NCBI RefSeq assembly: GCF_009834535.1
Contig: NC_045697.1
Span: 67,396,001 to 67,460,000, forward strand
DNA from: Camelus ferus
Lineage: Eukaryota
DNA length: 64,000 nucleotides
Direction of reading: 5' to 3'
Positions 29,601 through 42,534 of the stretch are shown in pieces (the first letter of the stretch is position 1; each line of letters begins with the position of its first letter). A model generated the notes under the pieces. It made no database searches and was not told the DNA's origin. It saw only the letters and a program-made list of their open reading frames with translations. The position numbers and the translations under genes were made by a program.

Positions 29601-31750
29601 TGTGGCAGGAATTTCCTAATAACAGTGAAAAGTTGGGTAGCCAACACTTTTTCTTTTATTTCAGGAACTTTACTCCTGTTCAAAGCAGACCCAGAGGCAT
29701 TGAATATAGGTACAATAAATGATCCCTATAGAAAAACTGAGACAGGAGTTGTGAAAATCATAGCCAAAAAATGTAAGCTTCACAGGAAGGTTCTTGTCCC
29801 AGCAGGAGAATTGAAATATAAAGCACTGAATAGGAAGAAACCTACTCCTCTGGCCAAGTCCTCATGACTGGGAGGATGGGAGAAAGGAGGGTGGATGATA
29901 AAACACTGCAGCTTGCTGGGTTTGGAGTAGCTTGGGCTTGTGAGATTGTCATTTCTATCCACTCTCTAATGTCCTGAGCATGAATACGATTGCTTCTGAA
30001 AATTGAGGACGGAGGCTGAAATTTGAAAATTATGAGTGAATGAATTTTTCCAATACCTAGAGTTGAGCAGGTCTATGAAAAGAAGGGAGATACAGGACAT
30101 ACAAGGATGGAACAAAAAAGAAAGTTGGAAAGATCCAAGGACGTGTTTCTTATACTTCACAATGGAAGGTGCACACACACACATACACACAAACCCAAAA
30201 TAAAAAACAAACACAAAAAACCCAGTTCATACAAATCCCTAACCAAAATCTTAAACATTGAACTTTGAAATTCTCTGGGGGAAAAAAAAAATCCCTAAAT
30301 TCACCTTTCTCTAATGAAGTACAGATTCTCATTCTTAACTCCAGTCTAGAACAGGGGCATGGTGGGAGAGCAAGTTTCCTTCTAGCATTACTTAAACATC
30401 CCCAGTAGACAATTCCACGCACTATCCTGGGAACTAAAAAAGCAGACCTTTCCTTATTACTTCACTATTGGACTCAGCAGCAGACTGACTTAAAGTAGAC
30501 AAGCACTTTCTCCTTTATCCTTCACCAAGTAGCCAAGGGACACTTTAAAGCAATAAGCTCATGGTAAGTACCAGGCATTTTGAAATCAGACATGAGTGTC
30601 TTAGAGGCTATCTGTATTCCAAATTGTTGCTCTACATATTAAAAATGCTTTACATTTACATTAAAATTTTTCTTTCAGCAATATGGTCCTTTTAAAATTT
30701 TTGAGCAAAAATATAGCAACAACAACAGCAAACCAAAGAGCGTAAGACCTACTTCAGTCCAATATTCTTAATCTCTGACCCTTCAAGAACTGAATGTGCT
30801 TTTAAACTTGGAAGATATGTTCCTCACTGTTTATCCTAAATGTCACTATAATTATAACCATTTCAAACTTACTCCTATAATTCTTTCTGCAAGATATACA
30901 ATTAGAATAAAGTGGTAATCTAAACAGTGAAAATAAAATGGAAACCTGCAATTATGTAGTCAGACTTTTCTCATGTTAGAACAGAGTGAACAAAGGCATT
31001 ATTTAATTAGAATACCACATGCCACAATCCATGAGGAAAACCAAGTGTAACATATGTACAGAAGATAGAAGATGATATTAAAGGCAGAACCACATGTCTA
31101 ATACCTGACATTATATATGAACACGAATTATACCCGCAAAGATATATTCCTATTCTTGGTGGTAACCATTAGGGACTGTATAGCATGTACATTATTTTTG
31201 AAACATAGCAGGGGGAGAAACAAATGCTGCCTGCATTGAAGAGCTAGACACAAGTTCCCTGGGACATGGTCTGATCCAGAGCCTGTTATATTACACCCAG
31301 CCCACGCTGTTCTTAGAATCAGTTCCTCTGAGCACTGGAGATTACAAACACTGATTGCAACCCCATCTTAAAATGTCTTCTGTAGCTCTGTCACCCAAAT
31401 CAAGAGTAACAATATTGAGAACTAAATGATACTAAAAGGGAAACAGTCATTTTCAATCCTATTAACAATACTTACCTATAGGAATAAGGCCTGCAAGTTT
31501 AAATATTAAAAAGCAATAATGCAAGTACTTAGTTTAAAAATGCTAATGTTTTCACTGAATGCATTAGCTGGCATTCTATCTGATATTATTAAGTTATCAT
31601 TGTAAGTGAGTTTGATGATTACAACTTCCTGATTATCTGCAGGAAAGTCTGACCAAACTACTGGCAATGTGTAGTTAATGTTTATTTAATAAGTAAATAG
31701 AATATATTCAGTTTCTAAAATTACCATACTTTTACTATAAAATAAAGAAT

Positions 31751-32982
31751 TGATGGCTTAAAGATGTAACTCTAAGAAAAGACACTATAAACCTAGAAGA
31801 AAACAGGCAAAACATTATGTGACATAAATCTTAGCAATGTTCTTCTAGGACAGTCTACTCAGGCAATAGAAATAAAAGCAAAAATAAACAAAATGGGACC
31901 TAATTAAACTTACAAGCTTTTACACAGCAGAGGAAACCATAAGTAAACCAAAATGACAACCTACAGAATGGGAGAAAATATTTGCAAATAATGCAACTGA
32001 CAAAGGTTTAATTTCCAGAATATATAAACAGCTCATACAACTTAATAACAAAAAAAAACCAACCCAATCCAAAAATGGGCAAAAGACCTAAACAAGCATT
32101 TCTCCAATGAAGACATACAAATGGTCAATAGGTACATGAAAAAATGCTCAATATCATTAATTATCAGAGAAATGCAAATCAAAACTACAGTGAGGTATCA
32201 CCTCACACCAGTCAGAATGGCCATCATTCAAAAGTCCACAAACTATAAATGCTGGAGAAGGTATGGAGAAAAGGGAACCCACCTACAGTATTGGTGGGAA
32301 TGTAGTTTGGTGCAGCCGTTATGGAAAACAATGTGGAGATGCCTGAGAAAACTAAAAATAGATTTACCGTATGATCCAGGGAACTCTAATTTGAAAAGAT
32401 ACATGTACCGTGATATTCATAGCAGCACTATAAACAATAGCCAAGACATGGAAGTAACCTAAATGTCCATCAACAGATGACTGGATAAAGAAGCTGTGGT
32501 ATATTTATACAATGGAATACTACTCAGTGATAAAAAAGAATAAATAATGCCATTTGCAGTAACACAGACGGACCTGGAGATTGTCATTCTAAGTGAAGTA
32601 AGGTAGAAAGAGAAAGAAAAATACCATATGATATCCCTCATACGTGGAATGTAAAAAAAAATAAAAGAGGACACTAATGAACTCATCTATAAAACAGAAA
32701 CAGATTTGCAGACATAGTAAACAATCTTGTGGCTACCAGGGGAAAGGAGGTGGGAAGGGATAAATTTAGGAGTTTGAGATGTTTAAATGTTAACCACTGT
32801 ATATAAATATAGATAAAAAACCTTATTTCTTCTGTATAGCACATGAACTATATTCAATATCTTGTAATAACCTTTAATGACAAAGAATATGAAAACAAAT
32901 ATATGTATATATGTGGATGACTGGGACATTATGCTGTACACCAGAATTGACACATTGTAACTAACTATACTTCAACTTAAAA
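31751..32982 (+). mobile_element. Relatively young 5'-truncated LINE-1 (ORF2 C-terminus plus 3'UTR)
   Basis: ORF 32121-32462 translates as the L1 ORF2 C-terminus ([31 protein letters not shown]...CWR...[12 protein letters not shown]). It has an A tail and a candidate TSD aaagaat at 31744-31750 / 32983-32989. Confidence 0.93.
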
Positions 32983-35234
32983 AAAGAATACATATATATA
33001 TGAATATAAGGAGTAAAAATGACAAATCATACTCAGTATATTGATGAGGAGAATCTTGTCTATTAAGAAAGCTTATTATTATTACTCTTGTATATTCTGA
33101 TGAACATCTCTTTTAAAGCCATTTTGCATCTGAATAACCTCTTTTTTTGTTGTTTTTTTTTTTTACTCTTCCTCTAAACCAAAAAATCCTTCTTAGAATA
33201 GTTCTTGGCATATAGGAAGTGTTCACATTGGTAGCTCTAATTAATGAGTAAGGTGGAGAGAACTTACTAAAAAATCCATCCCCACTTAAAAATGTAGTAG
33301 TTGGAGGTCAAGGCTATGGTGTTTGTTACTCTTACTGAAAAAATAAATTAACAAATTATTTTATTGTCCTCTAAGTTCCTTTCTGTTAAATAGTAACAAA
33401 GTATAGCTCTCAGCATATTTTTAGCACAAATCTGTAAGTACTATAGTAAATTGTTTTTGTTATTAATTTATCTTTTATACTTAAGGTTCACTGTAAGCAA
33501 TAATTTAAACGTACTTCTTAAAATGAACTTTTGTCACTGTTCTGCTCAAACTTTCTAGTGGCCCCTGCTTACTGAAAATAAAATCCAAACTCTTTGCAGT
33601 CTACAACACCTCTCTGATTACATCTCCTTCCATATAACATCGTCCCAATAAATATTGTTGAGTGAATTGACTGTTGAATATATTCTATTTTCAGCATTCT
33701 CAGGAAGGCAATGTATGGAATCGCATCCAAGCATTCCTCAGATAAAATGATGATTGCTTATATTCTCCATGGATCTCATTTACTGCTGGTTTCAGCCAGC
33801 TATTTAGCATGATGTAGTCTTAGATATTTCCTTTGCAATATAAAAATCATCTCAAAGTAAGAATTCCAATATACATGTTTTGTAAAGTTTCTATGTGCGG
33901 TATAATTACTATGGAGAAAGCATATGTTGAAAAAAGATATTTTAAGTTAAGTTTAGAGCCTAAATTTACTGCAGAATTATGTGTTTGGTTTCCTAGAAAC
34001 TAATATAATTAATACTGAGGCTATGTCAGGTATTTATTTGAAATCAGCTTTGTACACTTTGCAAAATCCTTTTCTATCTAATCACTTAGGAGTAAAAAGA
34101 TGAACCTGAAACTATAAGAGGAATATTATAGACAGTTGGAATAAGTTTAGTTAAATGGAGGAAAAAAATTAACCTTGAGTTTGCTATGGTTTACCAGATA
34201 TACTGAAATTATAGTCCCTCCATTAAACATAATGACTTCATTCTACAAGCAGCATTAAATAGGATTTTTCCATACATATTGTATAAAGGTATATATTGTT
34301 ACTTGGTTAATCACCATCTCTTGTCTTAAAATGGATTTTCCATCATTAAATGTTTAAATGAAGGGGTGTGAAATTTCCAGTCTATTTCTTCACACTTTTT
34401 GGAGTAATTATGTCTTTTATGATTTCCTTCTTCTTTTTTTTTTGTCAGCACTTAAGTTCTTTTATAAAAAGGACCTGTCCTCAGGGTGGGAGTGTAGACA
34501 TGCACAATTAAAACAAGTCTTTGTTACTTTACTGTTAGTTAATTAACTGAACACCATCATCAGCAGATCTATCACGATTTCTCTCCTGAAGTTTTGAAGA
34601 CTAAGCAGTGTGAGAATGAGGTTCTTGTGCAGTGTGTGTGGTATGGAACAGTTGGATTTATTTTCATCTCATATGCAGTAACATGGTGTGAAAATCATTG
34701 AGGAGTGAAGGCATGGGTAATTAAAAGATGCTTTGTTTTCATTTTGTAAGAAATGCCTTTACTCTATTTGCAAAAATAAATCCCTTCAAAACAAACAAGT
34801 CAGCAAAAAGCCATACATATACACAAAAGACAAAAATCGTGTGAATTAGTTCGGTACTCAAGTTAGTGAAAACACTGAGTATTAATTCAAAATGAGCCTA
34901 TTGTGAATGAGAATCATGCAATAAAATGATTGACTTTAAAACAAAAATCTCAACATGCCATTCCTTTATTAAGCCCCTGCAAGTGGTTTACCCTAATAAA
35001 GAAGATGTGGGTTCCTAACAGCACTTCCCCCGCTGTCTGAACTCCCAGCTCAAAGGTGTTTGTTAAGTTCTTTGATACGTCATGCTCCTCCTGGCCTCAG
35101 GGACATCCAACATGTTGTTTCCTCTACTTGCAAAGCAGTTACTTGTCTCCACTAATCTAATTTCGACTCATATTTCACAATTCAGAGTGGAGTCTTCTCC
35201 TGTGAGAATTCCTCTGGATCACCTGCAGCAGGTG

Positions 35235-35430
35235 GTGGTGCAGATGGGGAAGATGTCACCACTTAAAAATATTTAAGAACATATAGAAGCATTTTTTATA
35301 CTGACTGACGGATGGAGCATTGCTCCTTTTTAGTGCTCAGGGACCAGGATGCTTAAAGATCCACAATGTGAAGTCAGTTTTGCACACTAAAATACTGTTC
35401 CTCTCAAAATAGAAATAGTTGAGAAATAGT
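35235..35430. mobile_element. MER20-like hAT DNA transposon relic
   Basis: gggaccaggatgcttaaagatccacaatg...caaaatagaaatagttgagaaa resembles a MER20 end. Confidence 0.4.
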
Positions 35431-36799
35431 GATTGAGAGAATAGATCAAGTCCTTTATTAAAATTTCTATTACTTCTCTGATCTCTACATTTATTGGAAT
35501 TTTAAGTAAAAAACTTTATTACTTATTTAATATTAGCCCAAATAAAATTATCAGACAAAGTGCAGGAATCTTTATTTCTGATGTGTTCTTCTAAGTAAAG
35601 AGAATTAAAGAAGTATAACATTCCTGACCCCTGATTCAGCACTCAGAATGCTCCCTTATTCTCCCTTATGGGAGGGGAAAGGGTCATTTGATTTGTAAAT
35701 TTGGAAAATATAACCCAGGGATCCTGTTTAGTTTACTTCCTCCATGAGGAATGGGCTGCCAAGAATCCTGCTCTGTACTGCAAGTGTGTTGGTGGGTAAT
35801 TCTGCCTAATTGTGGAGTATAATCTACAAACCCATTTACTTTTCTCACAAAACTGCATCTTCCATCAATAATAAGAATGATGTTCCACTCTAAATTCAGG
35901 ACCAAGAAAGAAAATGTAGAGGAACAGTTGGAAACTACTCAGATCAATTCTGGGTGTGGGTCAGGGTGATTTAGTCATTGTAACTTGTCCTGCAGGTTTT
36001 TCCCATGCTCTGGTAGATCATCCCCCAAAACTTTATGGACATCAAAAATGGAGAAATGGCAAAGTCAGCAGAAGCAAAAGCCTGTGGAATTATTCCTCCC
36101 AACCCCAGAGGCCCAGATTTCAAAAGCTTCAACGGCAGCTTTGGTTTAGAAAGGGCAGCAGCAACAGGGCACAGGACTAAATTGCTGATTCACAAGAAAT
36201 GGTAACTATATTTCTAGACAAACCTCACCTGGAATGCTGCATCAAGAGTTCAGGACTCAAGCTTAAAGAAAATGGACATTAAGAATTTTTGGAATATATC
36301 AATTTAGGGAAAAAAAGCAAAATAGTATGATCATGTGAACGAGTCTATCACCACTTTGAAATTCTCAAGAGCCACTGTCTGAGAGAGGATACAGCAGACA
36401 AAGGAGTCTTCTACTGTCTGACTCCCCTGATATGTTAAGTGTATAGTACCAAAATTTATCCCTTTCTAGAGGTTTCTCCTAATTTAGTTCAAGGTCACAG
36501 ATGTTAATTCTGTAAAAGTTACTAACATTCTGATGAGGCTAAACCTAAATACTGTTCTCTACTTATCCCATTTCTTAAACTCTCTTTACGAACCTCATTA
36601 TTCTTTGGCCAAAATTGAGAGAAAAATTTTTCACTTTGTCTTCGTTTATGTTTGAGCTTTGTGATCACAGTTTCTTATTGTCTTCTTTCAGTCTCTTGCA
36701 AATCCTCTGATATGGCATATAAGAAAGATGACTGGACATCATTTGGGATGAGCGGATTTTTAGCCTTGGTAACAGACTAGACTTTAGTGTTAATTTGTT

Positions 36800-37200
36800 C
36801 GGTGACAAACTATAGTTATCTACACAAAAATTCATTATCCTTTTCTTCTTTAGTAATTGTATCCTGTATTTTATTTATGTGCCTAATGGAAAGACTGTTT
36901 TCTGGCTTCCCCAATAGTCGTTAAATATGGCCTTGTCAGTAATTAAGGGCCAATGAATGTAAGCAGAAAAGTGTGTAATTTCAAGGAAAATTCCTTAGAC
37001 GATATCTGGCATGTACCTTTCACCTATTTTTTGTTGTTCTTTCTTGTTCTCTCTCCATATTGCTCCCTGAAAAGTAGATGTGATGGCTGGAGATCTAGCA
37101 GCCACTTTGAGGAATGAAAACAAGGGCTACATGCCAGGGATGGGGAAGCAGAGACCCGGAAGGAGCCTGAGTTCCCGATGAGTCTTCTACTTGAGAGGAT
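36800..37200. mobile_element. MLT1K/L-like LTR remnant
   Basis: gatgtgatggctggagatctagcagccactttg...gatggggaagcagagacccggaaggagcctgagttcccgatga. Confidence 0.6.
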
Positions 37201-37219
37201 GGAAGTTTTTATATACAAG

Positions 37220-37382
37220 GGTATTACGGTTCTTCAAAGAAACTGAACCAGAGGATAGATATAAATATAGGATATCAATACAAGGAGATTTAATATAGGA
37301 GTTGGTCCACAAGGTTGTAGAAGCTGAGAAGTTCCCACCATCTGCCATATGTTAACTGGAGAATCAGGAAAGTCAGTGGTGT
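37220..37382. mobile_element. MLT2 (ERVL) LTR fragment
   Basis: ggttcttcaaagaaactgaacca...gagatttaatataggagttgg...gaagctgagaagttcccaccatctgcc...ctggagaatcaggaaag. Confidence 0.7.
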
Positions 37383-37399
37383 TTTTTAAATGTTTCTTG

Positions 37400-38550
37400 G
37401 CACTTTCTTCTTATATGAATTGTATGAATGAATGAATTGTATGTATGAATCTTTCACTATATTCCTTTTCATTATTTTTCTTTTTTAAATTTGTTCTTTG
37501 TATACTAAGATAATTAGTTCTTTAAATCTCATTATTGCACATACTTTTCTTTCTTAGTGACTTTTTACTTCACATTTTTCATGCAATTATACTTAATTAT
37601 TTGGTCATATTTATTAGCTTTTTTCCCCTTCTTTGTTGTTTCTAGGTTTTATGTCATCCTAATTTCCCTACTTACCACAATTTCTTCTAGAATTGTTATA
37701 TTATTATTTCATTAATTAATTTGTTATAGTTAGTATTTGGATCACTCTGGAGTTGGTTTTTGTATAATAGCATGTTAAGTTGACAATTTCATTTTGTAAT
37801 TAAAAAAAAATTTTGTGTAAGTGTAGAGTCATTTGCCCAACACCATGTTCCAGCATTCTTATTTCTTTATGGATAGTATTTCATATTTTTCATATACTAA
37901 GTCCCTGTATATATGTGTACATACATACATATATATATACTTCCATTTTTTCACAGTATCTTGAATAATTGGTCTTTCACTCTATAAAGACCAAACTCTT
38001 TAATTACTTGTCATTTTAAAAATATTTTAATATATGTTAGAGACAACTTGTCATTAATAATCTTTTTTGGCACATTCCTGGAAATTTTCCTTTGTTTATT
38101 TTTTTATGTAACCTTTACTCCTGTTTCCTTATCTCCCTTCTCAACCACTCAAGAAAATAGTGTTATTTTGCTTTAGATAACATTTATCAAATTTAGAAGA
38201 ACTGACATAGTTAAAATAATGCCTTCTTACCCATAAATCAGATGTAAATTTCCATTTTTTGTAAGTATTTTTAATGTTCTTTTGTTAGAATTTTAGGATT
38301 CTTCATATAAGGATGTTTCTCACTAACATTTCCCATTTATTTTGTTAATATTGTAAAAGGTAGCCTTTCTTCATTTGTATTTTTAAATACAAAATAATAT
38401 AAAAGCTACTATGTTTCTATATGCTCATTTCATAACTAACATTTGAATTTATTATTTTTTCAAAATTGTTTGGTTCTTTCTTTTGTGTTTTCCAGCTATA
38501 AAATTTTAGAAGAATAGTATTTGCAAGTATAAGTGTATGTCTTCTACTCC
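37400..38550 (-). mobile_element. Highly degenerate old LINE-1 (L1ME-like)
   Basis: T-rich strand with antisense ORF2-like text (catttgcccaacaccatgtt, aatttagaagaactgacat, aatagtatttgcaa). Confidence 0.6.
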
Positions 38551-39229
38551 TACATCCACGATTCACAGAATTCGCCACCAGCACTACCTGCTGACGCTGA
38601 AAGAACTGAGTCATTCAGTGAGGAAGCGAAAGAAAGGCTAGAAACAATGAAAACAACGGAGCAGGATGCAGTTTCAAAAAATAAATCAACAGGAGGCTGG
38701 CCAAGAAGGAGCTCTTAGGATGAGAGAGAAAGGACTTTCAGAAACTCATCAGTACTTGGAGCTGGATGGAACACTTCTGGGGTTTCTCCATCCTTTCAGT
38801 CGCCCCACCTAAAAGAGATGAAGTGACTTACCTAGATGGCAAAATTGGGAAATATAAACTGAACAGACTAGGCTCAGCTCCTCTCTCTTCCTTTTGGGAA
38901 TGAACATCACACAGGCAGCTGGACTTCCTCTGCTCTTCTCATTCTATGACCCCAGCCTGTGGGTCCTGCATTGCCTGTGACTGAGAAGGTAAGTCTCTCA
39001 TTCCTGGGTTAGGAGACAAAATTTGCTCTCACACTGAAATATCTTTTGATGGAAACTTTACAGAAACAATAATGACATTTTGGCCTCCATTTTTGAATTT
39101 TGGTCTTATATACCAACTTATTTAGAACCCAGGCAGGAAAGAAATGTAATTTGATTGGGTCTCTCAAAGACCTGCACAAGAATTTGCAGAGATCCTGCCT
39201 TTTTTAGTATTCTCTCTACAGTGCACAGT

Positions 39230-39470
39230 GGTCAAAGTGAGAACTCTGAACTCAACTAAATTGGTTTCACAGTCTGGCCACACTGTTTATAAGCTCTATT
39301 ATGTGTGGTAAACATCTTCAATAAACTCATTTTAACTGTGAGAAAATGTGCATAATAATGGTACCTACCTATGTAAAAGTGTGCCTGTGAGAATTAAACT
39401 GGATAACCCATGATAAAGTTTAGACAATGAACATTACATGCTAAGCACTCAATAAAATTTGGCCGTTATT
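39230..39470 (+). mobile_element. MIR SINE
   Basis: taataatggtacctacct...tgtgagaattaaactggataa...atgctaagcactcaataaa. Confidence 0.6.
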
Positions 39471-39759
39471 ACTATGACACAAGGTGGGTAAAGAATAATT
39501 ATAACTGTAAATGAATGTAATCTATTAAAAACAAGAATAGACTAGTTTGTAAAAATCAGGCCACATAATTTGTTCGTGAATTAGGTAAATAAACTAACAG
39601 ACAGTTTGAATTGATCCTAGAAATTCTAGCAGAGTTTATTATCAATAAATCTATAAGTATAATATACTTACTTAAAAATATGTTCTATCTAGACTATATA
39701 AATTTAACAAGATATTTTATATATGTGTTTGTGTGTGTGTATACATATCCACCTCTATT

Positions 39760-39836
39760 GATCTATCTATCCTCTATCTATCTATCTATCTATCTATCCA
39801 TCCATCCATCCATCCATCCATCCTTCCATCCATCCA
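39760..39836. repeat. (TATC)n-(CATC)n tetranucleotide microsatellite
   Basis: Directly visible. Confidence 0.92.
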
Positions 39837-41409
39837 TATCTTCTCTTGGATGCTCTCTGACCTGCTATTCCATCTATGAGGTTGACCAGATTCCCAGAGG
39901 AGCTCTAGAACATCTGCCTATTGGGTCATGCCAGGCCCCCGAGCCTGTGCATCAGATCCATGTGAGTGGCCTGGCAAGTAGATAACTCCTGCTGACTGGC
40001 ATGGTGAGAGTCAAGCAAGATTGGACTGCCAGAGTGGTACTGACACACACTCACATAAGATACAGGACAAATTCACGGCTTTTGGCTGCCCATAGTTCAG
40101 CATCAATCCTTGGGTTTGTGTACTGAGCGAGCGTTAGCTCTTGTACCTCTGTGTTATGACCATGCTGTTGCGTCCAGTCTTTAGCTCCCAAGAGTGGTAA
40201 GAATGGAAGCAGCCATTCTTTGCCCAGTGCACCAGTCATCACTTGTATCTAGGGTGGTCATTACCCCACTCTGCAAACTCCACTCCACCTCTCAGGCAGC
40301 CCTCCTGCGGTGGCAGCTCCTAGCTCTTCCCAGGACTTTGAAATAGTTGCTCTGCAATGCCATCAGGCCCTTCTTACAGATTTCCTCTTTTGCCCCTAAC
40401 TGATGCTGCTCTCCTTGGTTGGTCTTTAGGTGTGCTACAGGCAGGACAGCCATTCCTTGCACGAATAGGATGGCTCATCTCACTCCTTCAGTGGCCCCTC
40501 TTGCTGGTGGTGATAAGTAGGAGACGGGAATGCAATCCACATGGAAAGAAACCACATTCTAGAAAAGCACTGATAACAGCCTAAACTGCTCAAGAGAGGA
40601 CATATTTGGAAGGAGTGTTGTTTTACATTTATGCCATAAATATGCTAAAGATAAACTGAACATGACCAGAAATATAATTATTGTTTACTTTTACCTGCAT
40701 ACTTTGGGTAAGACTTGCATTTGTGGTCATGATAAATAAAACACAGTAACAAATTTTGAGAAGCTAGTGTTCATGGTTGGCAGGATGCTTCAGCATTCTA
40801 AGTAATAGTGTAACCAGAAGTAACTAACTGGTATTAGGAAACTGTCGAGTCAAGAAGATCTATATTATTTCAATATAAACAGATTATGGGGAACCACTGC
40901 TTTGTGATTAACAACAGGTACTACCTCTTTCTTGAAGAAACACATACAAAATTAGCGAGAAATTATGTACTCGGCAATAAAGAACAGGAAGAGATGATTC
41001 TTGGGCATGAAAAAGAATAGACTGTGCTTTTTGAACTCTATCAAGGATCTTCACAAGCTCTGATTGGGCAATAAATGTGTAATTTCCTCTTCTCTACCCA
41101 TTATTCTGAATCATCTTTAATAAATCATTATGCCCTGCATGGATCCATGAATATTGTGATGCATTTTGGAGTTCTGCAAAAGTATATTTGCCTGTGATCC
41201 CACACACCATAGGGGTGGCCTTGAGTGGCAGTCTATCAGTAACTCAAATAAAAAGATGTGATATGACTATTTCAGATAATATGAAAATATATTTAAAAAT
41301 TTTTAACCTTTGTTAAAAACATAGTAAAAATTAAATTTAGAATATTTCCTCAATAAAACATCTGTTTCCATCTCAGAGTTATCATCATAATTACTGACAA
41401 AACATTAAA

Positions 41410-41630
41410 GGCTGGAGGTAGACAAATCTGGATTTGAGTCCAATTTCTATCCCTTACTGGCTTTTGGTTCCTGGAAATACTTACTGTTAAAGTCTAAGTT
41501 TTCTTATCAGTAAAAATAAGTAAGGCAGTCTTACCTATGTCATAGGATTGTTGTGACAGTTTAGTAAAATATTGCTTGCAGTATACTTAGCAGAGTGCCT
41601 GGAATGTAAGAAGTCAATAAATAATTGTCT
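41410..41630 (+). mobile_element. MIR SINE
   Basis: agacaaatctggatttgagtcc...cataggattgttgtga...cttagcagagtgcctggaatgtaagaagtcaataaa. Confidence 0.65.
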
Positions 41631-42019
41631 ATTAAAAACACCAACACCCAAGCAGAGAAACAATTTTACAAACAATGGGTAAGATATCATAAGGAAAACC
41701 ATACAACGTCAATGTGTCAAATTCTGAGTAAGTTGAAGGATGCATAGACCTGAATCACGAAACTAAATATTGTGAAGATAGAGTTCTTTCCTGTTCATTT
41801 TATATGCTAATGGAATTCTATTCAAATTCCAAATTATTTTAATTTAATTATTCCAATATTTATGTGAAATAGTATATAGGCCATAAAATCTTAAGGATTT
41901 TGAAAAAGGAATGTAATGATTAATGGCTTGGTTTATCAAATATGTGATTATATTATGCTCTAATAATTTAAAACTGGGAAGTGTCCACATAAGAATTAAC
42001 TTATAAGAATTAACTTATA

Positions 42020-42176
42020 GGGTGTAGCTCAAGTACTAGAGTGCATGCTTAGCATGCATGAGGTCCTGGGTTCAATCCCCAACACCTCCTCTGAAAATAA
42101 AGAAACCTGATTACCTCCCCCACACCCCCCTGCCAAAGTAAAATAATTAAATAATATGATGATAAATAAAATATTA
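42020..42176 (+). mobile_element. tRNA-Ala(AGC)-derived SINE (camelid vic-1-like)
   Basis: tRNA-like head gggtgtagctc...gtgcatgcttagcatgcatgaggtcctgggttcaatcccc with B box GGTTCAATCC at 42069-42078, tail aaacctgattacctccccc, AT-rich end, and a 15-bp TSD aagaattaacttata (42005-42019 / 42177-42191). Confidence 0.9.
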
Positions 42177-42490
42177 AAGAATTAACTTATAATAAAACTA
42201 AAGAGCCTAGAAACAAAATTTTTAGCTTACAGAGATGGAGATATACATATAGGTATGTAGGTATGAAATCAACATATCAAAGTAATAAAAATATAGACTA
42301 CTCAATCCATGACAGTGGAAGCATGAAGCGGACAAAATAAAGTTGTATCACCTCTGAGCATATCTAGTGATGTCTCAAAGACTAAATGACAAAGCAGTAA
42401 GTAATTATTTGTAGTACATAAGCACATGATTGTGTGCAAAGAATGGAACTGTAACAGGAGAGTCTGATACATTGAATAATTACATTTTTG

Positions 42491-42534
42491 GAGGCTGTTT
42501 TTGTCTTGTTTTATGGGGGAGGTAATTTGGTTTA
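42491..42534 (-). mobile_element. Extremely 5'-truncated copy of the same SINE (tail only)
   Basis: The reverse complement reads taaaccaaattacctcccccataaaacaagacaaaaac, matching the tail of 42020-42176. Perfect 18-bp direct repeats tgaataattacatttttg at 42473-42490 / 42535-42552. Confidence 0.8.

Noticed and set aside
32121..32462. 113-aa ORF as a host gene
   Set aside because: It is a LINE-1 ORF2 C-terminal fragment in a 5'-truncated, frameshifted copy.
42020..42090. Functional tRNA-Ala gene
   Set aside because: The D-loop GG is lost, the 5' acceptor strand is clipped and there is no immediate oligo-T terminator. A SINE tail and TSD are present.
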